From Eledone cirrhosa (Eukaryota), in the NCBI GenBank assembly GCA_964016885.1, contig OZ024763.1, positions 2,914,001-2,978,000 on the forward strand: a stretch of 64,000 nucleotides of DNA, read 5' to 3'. The position numbers were made by a program, and so were the translations under genes. Shown piece after piece: positions 1 to 12,929 of this stretch; the first letter of the stretch is position 1, and the number at the start of each line of letters is the position of its first letter. The notes below the pieces were generated by a model, which was not told where the DNA came from, ran no database searches, and saw nothing but the letters and a program-made list of their open reading frames with translations.

Positions 1-382
1 TATATATAGGTATGTATATATATAGGTATGTATATGTATTGGTATGTATATGTATTGGTATATATATGTATATAGTATGTATATATATATATGTATATAG
101 TATGTATGTATATAGTATGTATATATATATGTATATAGTATGTATATATATATATATGTATATAGTATGTATACATATATTGGTATGTATATATATATTG
201 GTATGTATATATATATTGGTATGTATATATATATAGGTGTATATATATATATATATAGGTGTATATATATATATATATAGGTGTATATATATATATATAT
301 ATAGGTGTATATATATATATATATATAGGTGTATATATATATATATATATAGGTATATAGGTGTATATATATATATATATAG

Positions 383-419
<37 letters not shown>

Positions 420-1001
420 TGTATATATATATATATATAGGTGTATATATATATATATAGGTGTATATATATATATATATAGGTGTATATATATATATAT
501 ATATATATATAGGTGTATATATATATATATAGGTGTATATATATATATATAGGTGTATATATATATATATAGGTGTATATATATATATATAGGTATATAT
601 GTATATATATAGGTATATATGTATATATATATATAGGTATGTATGTATATATATATATATATGTATGTATATATATATATATAGGTATGTATGTATATAT
701 ATATATAGGTATGTATGTATATATATATATATAGGTATGTATGTATATATATATATAGGTATGTATGTATATATATATAGGTATGTATGTATATATATAT
801 ATAGGTATGTATGTATATATATATAGGTATGTACGTATATATATATATAGGTATGTATGTATATATATATAGGTATGTATGTATATATATATATAGGTAT
901 GCATATATATAGGTATGTATATATATAGGTATGTATATATATATATGTAGATATATATGCATATATATATATGCATATATATATATATGCATATATATAT
1001 G

Positions 1002-1048
<47 letters not shown>

Positions 1049-1628
1049 GTATATATATAGGTATATATATATATAGGTATATATATAGGTATATATATAT
1101 ATAGGTATATATATATATAGGTATATATATAGGTATATATATATATATAGGTATATATATATATATAGGTATATATATATATATAGGTATATATATATAT
1201 ATAGGTATATATATATATATAGGTATATATATATATATAGGTATATATATATATATAGGTATATATATATATATAGGTATATATATATATATATAGGTAT
1301 ATATATATATATAGGTATATATATATATATATATAGGTATATATATAGTATATATATATAGGTATATATATATATATAGGTATATATATATAGGTATATA
1401 TATAGGTATATATATAGTATATATATATAGTGTATATATATATATATAGTATATATATATATATAGTGTATATATATATATATATAGTATATATATATAT
1501 ATATAGGTATATATATATAGTATATATATATATATATAGGTATATATATAGTATATATATATATATATATAGGTATATATATAGTATATATATATATATA
1601 TATAGTATATATATAGTATGTATATATG
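1..1628. repeat. (TA)n microsatellite with interspersed GG/GT variants
   Basis: Continuous tata repeats punctuated by ggta/gtgt/gca; the YIYI ORFs here are artefacts. Confidence 0.97.
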
Positions 1629-2901
1629 TTTACACAGACTGAAGAATTGTGTATGGTTAAGACTAAAATATTTCTTTATATGCACGTATGTTTTATATAT
1701 AAATGTATATATATGTCTATATATATATATACTGTAAATATTAAACATGTATATTTAATTAGTATATAAATATAAATATATATATATAACATGTATATAT
1801 GTATTTACTATAAAACTAAATGGATGTAGAAAAGATTTTACATATATCTACATCTGTATATTAAACATGTTTAAATGTGTGTATGAATTATACATACAGT
1901 CACTTATATATATATGTGTGTGTGTATTTATATAATTGTATATATTAGACGTGTATGTAGAATGTCTATATATATTTCTCCCTTTAATTCTGAATATATA
2001 TATATGTATATATATGTATATATATTTGTGTTTGCAACGAAACTAAATGTATATTAAATATATATATGTGTATATATATGTGTGTATGCGTATATAATTG
2101 TAGTGTAATGTATATATTAAAGTTGTGTATATTATAGTGTATATATTTACAACAGAATACATTTAGATAAGATTTTATTATATATGTTTGCGTGTATGGA
2201 TATATATATATACATGTAATCATATATATTTATATATATTTGTGTGTATGGATATATATATATGCTTGTATGATGTGTATATATATATATATATACACAC
2301 ACCATACATGTTATAAATGTACACACGTATGTATGCCATTGTTTAACCCTAGGTCAGACATGACCAACCAATTAGTCAATATCAAAGATAATCAAGAGAC
2401 AGCTTTCTCATCTCACTCTCCATACACACCATTGTCAAAATATATACTTCTTTATTTAACACAGTATGGTGTATATATATATATGATTTGGTGTATATAT
2501 ACTTGTGTGTATGTATAAATATATATATATATATATCAATTTCATTTCTGCATGTCGCGTGTAACTTACACAGACAGCCCCTCGTTGGTTTAGTGCGTGG
2601 GTGTATACACACACGCACATGTATGTATGTGTGCATATATGTGTAACAAACAAAACACAGGAGGCAATTTTACACTATATGTGTGTGTGTGTGTGTGAGT
2701 GAGTCCCTGTTTCAATCGGGGGGTAACCTCATTAAGGAACTCAAAACATTAATAGAGTATATACAAAATATAATTTAGAAATGGCTTCTACAAGACTAGA
2801 ACTGTTTCATTCGAAGGAAAGCCTATATATATATATATAATTATAATTGGTAATGACGAGGTGTCACATTTTCATTAAGTTTATTCAGGTGTGACGCTCT
2901 C

Positions 2902-2975
2902 GATGTACCCTCAAAATGTATACATACTTTTATTAAAATGCTGTTGAAGTGTGTATACATTTTTGGGACACCCTG
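2902..2975. mobile_element. ~75-bp palindromic Tc1/mariner-like MITE (family M1), left end decayed
   Basis: caaaatgtatac...gtatacatttttgggacaccctg; matches seven other copies in the window. Confidence 0.65.
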
Positions 2976-3193
2976 TGTGTGTGTATGTATGTATGTATGT
3001 ATATATATATATATATATATAATATATAAGAACAAAATATATAAGAACATGAAATATGCATAATAAAATACATGGAACTCCTTTAACCATCTTTTGTTCT
3101 TATATATTATGTATACTCCAGTCCTACAAACTGTAGAGTGCTTCCTATCCGATATCTGCATTGCTTTATTGTACTACAATAAAACTCACCTCC

Positions 3194-3238
<45 letters not shown>

Positions 3239-3436
3239 GATTCTGTGATGTCTTCCTCAGTTCGGTAGACAAGGAAAGCAAACATTGTTTCAGTTTACTC
3301 ATTTTCTTTCATTGTGTCAATGTATGTGTTTATATATATATAATCAAATTTTAATAGGGTTCATTGATTACTCAATGAATATAGTTTTACGATAGATTGA
3401 TTATATGAAGGTCTTCATTTATTAATATTTTGAATA

Positions 3437-3467
<31 letters not shown>

Positions 3468-3491
3468 CAAGCATACACATATGGTTGTGTG

Positions 3492-3562
<71 letters not shown>

Positions 3563-3897
3563 GTATGCTTCTGTCAGATTTCTCTCTCTATATATATGAT
3601 ATTCGTGTTTTTGTATATACAGTGTATATTCGTATTGTGTTAGTATATATTTATATATATATATATATATATAAGGATTAGAATACTGGAGCGTGTTGGA
3701 GTTAAACACCCTCTTCGTATTATAGAAATGACAGTAAAAGGTATAGCTCAATGCAGTTAAATAGAGCCAAAAAATTATATATATATATATAGCAATCATA
3801 TACTCTCCTATACAGCTCTATGTAAGTGTACATGCATTCCGTATGCAGTATGGTGTTTGAGCACTCGATGCTCTCATAGAGCTGAGTATGATATCAA

Positions 3898-3993
3898 GAC
3901 GTATCTGAGGACCTTGCGATTTTCAGAGTCAAGTTCGATCATCACATCGATCGTGCCTCGAGCTGGTCGCCAGAGAAACGATTGTAATATGTC
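3898..3993 (+). ncRNA. Type I hammerhead ribozyme motif with long stem II
   Basis: Stem I gacgtat/atatgtc (7 bp); CTGAGGA 3905-3911; stem II ccttgcga...tcgccaga (63 nt, 2 mismatches near base); GAAA 3975-3978; short stem III (a-cg...tg-t); GTA cleavage triplet. Confidence 0.65.
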
Positions 3994-4030
3994 CAATAAA
4001 TTCGTCGCACCACTGATTCTCTTTTTTTTT

Positions 4031-4100
<70 letters not shown>

Positions 4101-4102
<2 letters not shown>

Positions 4103-4171
4103 GTTCTCCAAAAATGTATACACATTCATTAGAATGATGTTGAAGTGTGTACACATTTTTGGGAGACCCCC
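4101..4171. mobile_element. MITE M1 copy
   Basis: ctccaaaaatgtatacac...gtgtacacatttttgggag inverted arms. Confidence 0.65.
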
Positions 4172-4198
4172 TTTGTATGTATATATATTTGTGTGTAT

Positions 4199-4365
4199 TG
4201 GATTAGCAGCGTCGGTAGAGCGTCAGACGCCATGCTTTATGGTCTGAGTTCAAATCCCGCCGAGGTTACCTTGGCCTTTCATCCCTACGGGGTCGATAAA
4301 ATAAAGTACCAGTAATACATTGGGGTAATTGCTGACCTTGTGCCAAAAGTAGAAACAATTATATT
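4199..4365 (+). mobile_element. tRNA-derived SINE family A, near full length
   Basis: A-box-like agcagcgtcggtagagcg, B-box gagttcaaatcc, central gcctttcatcc..ggggtcgataaaataaagtaccag, (att)n tail; many copies in window. Confidence 0.85.
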
Positions 4366-4463
4366 AATAAATGTGATTCGTAACACACGGCCATATGTTT
4401 CGATCCGTATTCTAAACTAGTTTTAATTCCCTTAAATGAAACTGGCTTTTGAGTCACAACTAG

Positions 4464-4529
<66 letters not shown>

Positions 4530-5039
4530 GAGAGGTATAGAGATTGTTTTAGCAAGAAGCTAACGGCATTCTATAACATATATATATATATATATATATA
4601 TATAAGGGTTTGACGGACCCAGCATATTTATCAATGCCAGTGTACCGGTTGTATCTCAGCGCACTCAATGGGCAATGTAAGATACGTTACCAGAGTATAC
4701 ACTTAGTTACTTGCCTCAACACAACACACGTAAAACGTGTATATATATATATATATACACACACATACGTGTGTATTTATATACGTGTGTTTATATACAT
4801 ACATACATATGTAAGTCTTTTCTTCTTAGGACAATACAACAACCCTACCTTGTTTAGCAAGTTTTTTTTAATTTAGGTTTCATGTTAATATTATTTGCTC
4901 TGTATTGTATTGTTATTGTATTTTAATCCTGCCCTGCCCCCTCCACCATCTTATTCCATTCACCCCATCACCATCCACCCCTGTGTATTAAATAAAGGGG
5001 TTAATCCCTAGCTCCACAGGGGAAAGGAAAACGAAAAAT

Positions 5040-5478
5040 ATGGTTTCTGATTTAGGCACAAGGCCAGCAATGTTTTGGTGGTGAGTGGGTGGAGTTGAAA
5101 GTCGATTAAATCGACCCCAGTACGTTATTGGTACTTTATTTTATCGACCCCTTTCTCCGTTTGGATGAAAGGCAAAGCTAACCTGGGCGGGAAAATAATG
5201 GTTTCTGGTTTAGGTATAAAGTGAAGAATTTTTTATAGGGGGTAGAGGGGGAAAGTCGATTAAATCGCACCAGTGTATTACCGGTACTTTATTTTATCGA
5301 CCCCCGGGACGATGAAAGGCAAAGCTAACCCCGACTGGATAAATAATTTTCTACTTTAGGCACAAGGCCAGCAATTTTGCGGGGAGGAGAAAGTCGATTA
5401 AATCGACCTTAGTGTATTACTGGTACTTTATTTTATCGACCCTTAATGATGGAAGTCAAAGCTAACCTCGGCGGGAAA
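5040..5478 (-). mobile_element. Tandem cluster of three 5'-truncated SINE A copies
   Basis: Three repeats of ggcacaaggccagcaat...ggtactttattttatcgacc...gatgaaaggcaaagctaacc. Confidence 0.85.
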
Positions 5479-5744
5479 ATAAGGTAAACACACACTGAAT
5501 AATATTAGCTGTAGAAATAACAGAGGTGCTATGGTCACGACTGGAATGCCTTTGATCCTAGGCTAGGTGGTGTCTGTTATGAAGGAACTGGTGTAGGGCA
5601 GGGTTTTATCTAGGATGGAAACAGCTGGAATACCAGCAAGTAAAATTGCACTTCAAGAAATAATCAATGTTTTGGTGTAATTCTTTACATTTTTCTCTCT
5701 CAGAAGAATATTTCGTCTCATTTTACAATTAGTTTATACATACA

Positions 5745-6180
5745 TACACACACAGATATATATAACTATTACGTGTTCCAGCCGACAAGCTGTGGCCATG
5801 CTGGGGGCACCATACACACACACAGATATATATAACTATTACGTGTTCCAGCCGACAAATTGTGGCCATGCTGGAACACCTATATATATTTATATAGATA
5901 TATATAATGCTTACTCTTTTACTGGTTTCAGTAACTAGGCTGTGGCCACACTGGGGGCATACACACACAGATATATATAACTATTACGTGTTCCAGCCGA
6001 CAAGCTGTGGCCATGCTGGAACACCTATATATATTTATATATATTTATATATGTTATGAAATACTGTTAGCTTCTCGCTAAAACAATTTCTATACCTTTC
6101 ATTTATATTTATATAGATATATATAATGCTTACTCTTTTACTGGCTTCAGTAACTAGGCTGTGGCCATGCTGGGGACGCC
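5745..6180. repeat. Locally duplicated fragments of a dispersed SINE-like repeat
   Basis: Repeated tgtggccatgctgg and ttactctttttactggtttcagt motifs; related pieces at ~11636 and ~52885. Confidence 0.6.
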
Positions 6181-6217
6181 ATCAGGAATATATGAGAGAG
6201 AAGGGATACATACACGT

Positions 6218-6254
<37 letters not shown>

Positions 6255-6344
6255 TTACCTATCTATTTATGCATGTGTGCGTATGAACATATTTGTGTCT
6301 GTATATATATATATATATAGTTTTCAATAAAAACACCAGGATTT

Positions 6345-6404
6345 TTTCATTCTGACGACTGAAAGCAGATTTGTTTGCTTTCAATAAACCACTGGTAAAT
6401 GAAA
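6345..6404 (+). ncRNA. Hammerhead motif (family H2), probably inactivated
   Basis: Stem I tttcatt/aatgaaa; CTGACGA 6352-6358; stem II tgaaagcaga..ttgctttca; core GAAA reads TAAA at 6385; stem III acc-act-ggt; GTA. Confidence 0.6.
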
Positions 6405-6545
6405 TAATTATCTTATGTTGTTTATTACATAATAAGCTCTGTAACCTACATAGAGCACTTTTTCCTGGACCTTTCCGGCGGAATTACTTCATATATATAT
6501 ATAATATATATATATAATAAAATAGATGTTCTTTTGATCAATTAC

Positions 6546-6598
6546 ATTTTATTATAAATATTTCGGATGTACAACAGTACGTCTTCATCAGACAAAAT
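6546..6598 (-). ncRNA. Minimal hammerhead motif (family H1), inverted copy
   Basis: Reverse strand reads attttgt CTGATGA agacgtac tgtt gtacatcc GAAA tattta TA ataaaat. Confidence 0.6.
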
Positions 6599-6603
6599 AT
6601 AAT

Positions 6604-6776
6604 CGTTTCTACTTTTGGCACAAGGCCAGCAATTACTCAGTACATTACTGGTACTTTATTTTATCGACCCCGTAAGGATGAAAGGCAAAGTTAACCTCGG
6701 CGGGATTTGAACTCAGACCGTAAAGGGACGTAACTATGCTGGAAAGCATGGCGTCCGACTCTCTACTGATACTGCC
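6604..6776 (-). mobile_element. SINE A inserted in the left arm of a palindrome
   Basis: Full family consensus; flanked by direct repeat aatataat (6596-6603 and 6777-6784). Confidence 0.85.
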
Positions 6777-6890
6777 AATATAATGATACATGACGAACCC
6801 TGAGATGTTGAATGGTTAAGATTTAATCAAGGTAGTACCTTGATTAAATCTTAACCATTTAACATCTCAGGGTTTGTCATGTATCATTAT

Positions 6891-6943
6891 ATTTTGTCTG
6901 ATGAGGGCGTACTGTTGTACATCCGAAATATGTATAATAAAAT
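6891..6943 (+). ncRNA. Minimal type I hammerhead motif (family H1)
   Basis: attttgt CTGATGA gggcgtac tgtt gtacatcc GAAA tatgta TA ataaaat; 7-bp stem I with one G-U pair. Confidence 0.72.
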
Positions 6944-7729
6944 CTATTTTATTAATACTTATATTAATAACTCCTGAAAATTATTTCTTCGTTGAGTGCT
7001 TCCAATCTACTGTAAAAATCATTCTTTGACATAATTCATTGAATATTGTTTAACAATTTAATACTTATATATATATATATATATAAGTCTGTGTGTGTGT
7101 GTCTCTCTCTCTATATATATATGTGTGTGTATATATCTATACATATGTGTATGTATATCTATGAATGTGTGTGGAGAGGGGGAGAGGGAACAGATGTGGT
7201 CATGTGTGTGTTTGTCTGTATATATATATATGTGTGTGTGTGGAGAGAGAGAGAGAGAGAGAGATGACCGAAGTGTTTCTTGTAGAAAGTGGAATTGTAA
7301 CTAACTGTGATTAGAAAACATGAAAGTAACGTAAGTCAGAATGAGTGAAGAAGAAGAACCTGGCTTTCATTTAAATCTCTTTTTAATAGTTTCGTATCAG
7401 GAATATTTCCCTCACAAGATAAGCAAACACCACACCAATTATTCCTCTCTCTCTCTCTCTCTCTGTGTGTGCGTGCGTATATATATATATATATAAATAA
7501 AAATAGAAAGAGATGGGTTCTACAGGACTAGAACTGTTTCATTTTGGAGAAATCATCAGGAAGCCCTGTCTGTGTGTATGTGTATGTATATCTATCTATA
7601 TATATATATATATGACTTCTACGGGACTGGATATTCCTTATGATTTCATATGAATAAAACAGTTCTAGTCTTGTAGAAGTCACCCCCCCCCCCCCGCTCT
7701 CTTTTTCTATAAACATACACATACACAAC

Positions 7730-7905
7730 AATCGTGAGGTTGTGAGTTCCGTTGCCGAACAGGCTAATGTTATGTCCTTGAGCAAGACACTTTATTTCAC
7801 GTTGCTCCTTCTCTCTGGAGTTGCAACCGATCGATAGTATTAGCAATTGGAAAGACTAATGGAAACATTGTTTCCTCGGTCCGATTTGACGAAAGTCGAT
7901 CGACT
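7730..7905 (+). mobile_element. CORE-type SINE family D, 5' truncated
   Basis: ggttgtgagttc...tgtccttgagcaagacactttatttcac core with a distinct 3' part; inverted copy at 10050-10265. Confidence 0.7.
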
Positions 7906-7914
7906 GTCGATACA

Positions 7915-7991
7915 CAGGGTGTCCCCCAAAAATGTATTCACTTCAAAAACATTCTAATCAAAGTGTGTATACATTTTTTGGGGCCAACCTG
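7915..7991. mobile_element. MITE M1 copy
   Basis: cagggtgtcccccaaaaatgtat...atacattttttggggccaacctg. Confidence 0.75.
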
Positions 7992-8199
7992 TATAAATGA
8001 TTGAACGACGGTTTATATATAACTAAGCCGATCTATTCAGTACTTTATAGATCCAACTCTCGGTAGAATGGACGGCAATGTAGCAATCTTCGCCATAATT
8101 TGAACTCAAAATGCATAAAATATTAATTTATTAAATTTGTTGATATATTATTAAATTTAAAAAAAAAATGATAATTACTACTGAAATTCTATAGGTTTT

Positions 8200-8850
8200 A
8201 ATAATGGTTACTACTAGAGGCACAAGGCCAGCAATTACCCCAGTGTATTACGGGTACTTTATTTTATCGACCCCGTAAGGATGCAAGACAAAGTTAACCT
8301 CAGCGGGGTTTGAATTCGGATCGTAAAGGGCCGTAACTCTATGCTACAACGCAAGGTGTCTGATGCTCTACCAATATTGCCAATCCACTGGTTTCTACGT
8401 AGACACAAGGCCAGCAATTTGAAGGGGGAGAGGAAGTCGATTCAATTGACCCCAGTGCATTACTGGTACTTTATTTTATCGACCCACGTAAGGATGTAAT
8501 AATATTTAGGTACAAGGCCAACAGTTTTGGGGAGATGGGGGAAAGTCGATCAAATCAACGCCAGTGTATTACTGGTACTTTATTTTATCGACCCCGTAAG
8601 GATGAAAAGCAAAGCTCACCTCGGCAGGATTTGAACTCAGAACGTAAAGAGCCGTAACTACATGCCGCTAAGCATGTTCGATGCTCTACCGATTATATAT
8701 ATATATCAATAATAATCGTTTCTGATTTAGGCAAAAGGCCAACAATTTTGAATGAGGGGAAAGGCGATTAAATTGATGCCAGTGCATTACTGGTACTTTA
8801 TTTTATGAAAGTCAAAGCTAACCAACCTCGGCTGGATTTGAACTCTGAAC
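8200..8850 (-). mobile_element. Cluster of four SINE A copies, same orientation
   Basis: Repeated acaaggcca...ggtactttattttatcgacccc...ggatttgaactc. Confidence 0.85.
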
Positions 8851-9689
8851 ATAAATGATCATATGATGGAATGTCTGTGTTTTTAGCAAGAGTGTTGCGA
8901 AGTAGTAGTAATATTAGCAGTAATAGCATATCTTCGGGTTAGCCATACCTATGATGAAATGAACACGTCTTTGTTGTTGTCATCAGACATAGTGTATCTA
9001 GGAATATATTACTGAATGTGTCATCCCTTAAAAGAGAAAACAAAACAAAAACGGAGAACGAAGAGTTTGTCTGACCGATTTAAGGGATATTTGACTGCTG
9101 TTTCTAGCAAGACGAGTGGACTACTTTAAGAAACATTCATTCATTTTTTTCCTTCCTTCCTAAGCTCCCGAGAATCAGAACGTAAGGTATGTTGTTATTG
9201 CTGCGTTGGGCTGGTCTCCTTTCTTTTGAGAACAAAAACAAAACTACAGCGAGAGAAAAAAAAGTCACTTATGGCTAGGAACTAAAAAAAAAATAATTAA
9301 AAAAGGGTTTAAACCAGAAATTTGAAGTGTTCCCAGGTTTTGTTTTTCCTTATATCCTTATAGATATAAATTCCCAGTTTTTAATAAAATCCGACCCTTT
9401 TTTACCCATCTCCCTGGATTCGAAACAAAACCTAACATACCTGTAAAAATGTGTTGTATATTTTGTTTGTCTCGTATAACTACACCAATAATCCCCTAAT
9501 ATTTTAACGCGGACACCTTACACTGTATTTACAGATTGTTTTAATTTTAGGGGGAATTTAAAAAATTTCTTTTTGACTTGACTTATCGACCAAAATCTTA
9601 GGTTTTTCAAATTATTTCAGTTAACAGGTTTTTCCTAACCTAAAATTAAGGTCTATATTTCAAATATCAGTTTGTTTTTTGTACTGTTG

Positions 9690-10002
9690 AAAGCATGTGA
9701 CTTTGGGGTTAGGGTATTCGGCTCACGATCGTAAGGTTGTGAGTTCGATTCCCGGTGACGCGTTGTGTCCTTGAGCAAGACACTTTATTTCACATTGCTC
9801 CAGTGTTCACTCAGCTGGCGAAAATGAGTTGTACCTGTAATTCGAAGGACCAGCCTTGTCACACTCTGAATCTCCTTGAGAAATATGTTAAGGGCACGCG
9901 TGATTGTGGAATACTCAGCCATTTGCACTTTAATTTCACGAGCAGGCTGTTCTGTTGATCAGATCAACTGGAACACTCGTCGTTGTAACCGACGGAGTGT
10001 CT
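9690..10002 (+). mobile_element. CORE-type tRNA SINE family C
   Basis: tRNA-like head with B-box gagttcgattcc; CORE-like gtgtccttgagcaagacactttatttcacattgctccag; unique 3' body. Confidence 0.75.
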
Positions 10003-10049
10003 TCATACCGTTGAATGTTTTTACTTGGTAGTAGAAACCATTAAAAAAG

Positions 10050-10265
10050 GATCGATCAACTTTCGTCAAATCGGACCGAGGAAACAATGTTTCCGTTGGT
10101 CTTTCCAGTTGCTAATACTATCTATCGGTCGCAACTCCAGGTAAAAGGAGCAACGTGAAATAAAGTGTCTTGCTCAAGGACATAACGCATCGCCCGGTCC
10201 AGGAATCGAACTCACAACCTCAAGATTGTGAATCAAATTCTCTAACCACTCAGCCACACGCCTTC
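10050..10265 (-). mobile_element. CORE-type SINE family D with tRNA head
   Basis: Reverse complement of 7730-7905 plus head (gtggctgagtggttagaga...gagttcgattcc). Confidence 0.75.
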
Positions 10266-10384
10266 TCACAGAAACCATTAATGGCCTTCAGATCCTGCTA
10301 TTCTGTAGAAATGTCTCACTTATCCGGTTTTCTTTCTTTCTCAAATGACGATGGTTTAACTGGGGAGGAGTTTTTTTTTTTTAA

Positions 10385-11225
10385 TCTCCGCCTCACCGTA
10401 TTTTCAGAGCACCGGCTTTTGTTTATGGAAGACGGACAGGTTATTTTTAAGTCTAAGGTGAGTGGTCGTTATTAATAGTAAAAATATGTTCAAACGAAAC
10501 GTATTCTCGGGCCCCAAATAATAGGGGTCGGGTGTTGGATTAAACGATTGGTTGGTAAAATCGGTAAATTTTTTAGGTTGTCTATGTTGATTTAAAAAAA
10601 AAGCCCAGATATTAGTTTAGTTTACATATTGAGACCCCCCACAACCCATCCTATGTATTTTATACTGTATGCGATTTCTAGTAATGTATTTTTTTTGTCA
10701 TGTACTCTCGGGAAGGGGTTAGAATAAGTGGAGTGGGTGGTTAGAAAATCGGTAATTTTTCTAGGTTGTGTCTGTTGATTTTTTTCATTTAAAAACCAGA
10801 ATTTGTCGTTTATTTTACATATTGAGACCCCCAACCCATTCTATTTATTTTATAACATATGGCATTTCTAGCAATGTACTTTTTTTTTGTCATCTATGTT
10901 TTTTTTTAATGTCTAAAGAAAATTAATTGTTGCAGGAATGTTACCACTTAAAATAACATTTCGTCGGAGATAGATTAGCAAAAATTAAGCGGGGGCGGGT
11001 GGCGATTATTCGAGAGCCAAGAGTATGGATGTATATTGAAAGGTGAGTTTCTTCTCATATGTTTTAGCGGGTATTATTTTCACCCCCTCACCGTATTTTC
11101 AGAGCACCTGCTTGTGTTTATTGGACACGGACAAATATATTTCTGTTAGGTTATTTTTAAGAGTCAAAAAGGTGAGTGGTCGTTATTATCGTAAAAATAA
11201 CTGTGTGGTCAAACGAACCGTATGT
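10385..11225. repeat. Degenerate local duplications, likely DNA-transposon remnant
   Basis: cctcaccgtattttcagagcacc...aggtgagtggtcgttatta at ~10390 and ~11085; aaaatcggtaa...ttacatattgagacccc at ~10557 and ~10745. Confidence 0.45.
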
Positions 11226-11414
11226 CGAAAGTGCGATAGTGTTGGCTCGGTACACACTAAATATACAATCTTCAAAGATATGTACCTAACATTTCGTGTG
11301 TATTTTTATTTTTAAAAAATAATTTAAGGTCTCTCCTTAAAAAATTGTTTTTCGTTCGTTGTCTTGTCTCTTAGATGATTTTCCTAAGTTTATCGTATAT
11401 ATATATATATATAT

Positions 11415-11553
11415 ATGATAAACGGATCTAACTGTCGAAACGGCCGGAGCTCAGCCGTCAGAGTCCTGACTCTTTTCCTATTACCCACTCTACTACCCCA
11501 GTATCGAGTACTCTGGTGCGTTAAGGCCAATCTGGTATCTTACCACACCTTTG
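11415..11553 (+). mobile_element. Decayed HHR-bearing repeat (family H4)
   Basis: tgataa acgg..ctgtc GAAA cggc..gccg TC, then cctattacccactctactac...gagtactctggtgcgtta; homologs at ~12395, ~16125 and ~28690. Confidence 0.55.
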
Positions 11554-11637
<84 letters not shown>

Positions 11638-11783
11638 TCTTTTACCTGTTCCAGCCATCCGGCTGAGGCTAGACTGGGGCACATCCCTCGAATAAGGAGG
11701 CTGCCTTGACCAGGATAGAACCTGGTTTACCACGACCACAACGTGGGGTCCTAACTACTAGACAATCACGAGATATATATATA

Positions 11784-11891
11784 TAGGGTGTCCCCTCCCC
11801 CCCCAAAAAAATGTATACACACTTTGATTACCTACCCGTACAGGCAATATTAAAATTCTTTTGAAGTGTGTATACATTATTTGGGACACCG
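11784..11891. mobile_element. MITE M1 copy with ~30-bp internal extra sequence
   Basis: agggtgtcccc..aaaaatgtatacac...gtgtatacattatttgggacacc. Confidence 0.65.
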
Positions 11892-11893
11892 CA

Positions 11894-11934
<41 letters not shown>

Positions 11935-11948
11935 CACACACACACACA

Positions 11949-12285
11949 CAGTGTACCCCCCCCCCCCCCGGCACTCGCGGTCTTGGTTGTTTGCGGAATT
12001 TTCCTTAGAACCTAACTAATAATTGTCCGTGGAAGCCACCGCATATTCGCGGAATCGTAAATATCTTAGGCGATTTTTTAAATGTCTTTTTTCGTGGCAA
12101 TGTATATATATTTTAACACTAAATTATTTATAACAATATACCGTACTGGCCGGCCTATTGGATACTCCTCTTGTTTTTTTTTTAAATTATAGTTTACGTT
12201 ATATTTTGACGTTTATAGGCATTTTTATGGACTACGTCCAATATTCGCGGTGCTCTACGTACGTAACCACCGCGAATACGTAGAG
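11949..12285. mobile_element. Possible pogo/Tigger-like non-autonomous DNA transposon remnant
   Basis: cagtgtaccccc start and repeated attcgcgg/ccgcgaat motifs; family resemblance only. Confidence 0.35.
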
Positions 12286-12487
12286 AGATATATAAATGAA
12301 AATAGAGAAATTAATGTGAGCAAGAAGCCAACAGTAATTCATAATATATAAGTGACTATAACATCAAGTTATACATATATATATATAGGAAAATTCTTTT
12401 CCTATTACCCACTCTACTGCCCTTAGTATTGAGTACTCTGGTGCGTTATGGTCCACTTGGTATCTTACCACACGCTCTTTATATATA

Positions 12488-12537
<50 letters not shown>

Positions 12538-12859
12538 GTATATACTAGCTACCTTGCCAGTTAGCTAAGCTATAAAGCTACCTGTTAAGATTGTACGCAC
12601 TAATTGTCAAATTCTCGAAGGTATTTTTCTATCGCCCTTTCTTCTCCATAACATTTCTCAGGTGGTTGACAACGAAGAAAAAAAACACCTATTATTATTT
12701 TTCTTTCTTACATTTTTCTTCTCCTCCCTTCCCTTCTTCCTTTTCTATTTAAAAAATCTATCGGGGTTCATCTATCTACCTTTCTTTACCCCTCTCCCCC
12801 TCTCTCTTTGTTTCTCTGCCCCTCTCTCTCTCTCTGTCCCCCCCCTCTCTGCCCCCCCC

Positions 12860-12929
12860 CCCCAAATGTATACACATTTTGATTAGAATGCTTTCGAAGT
12901 GTGTGTATATATTTTTTGGGGAACACCGT
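12860..12929. mobile_element. MITE M1 copy
   Basis: cccaaatgtatacac...gtgtatatattttttggggaacacc. Confidence 0.6.

Noticed and set aside
5600-5680. Exon-like METAGIPASKIALQEIINVL
   Set aside because: Its start resembles the dispersed repeat ggatggtcacagctggaa (~34550, minus strand); weak acceptor.
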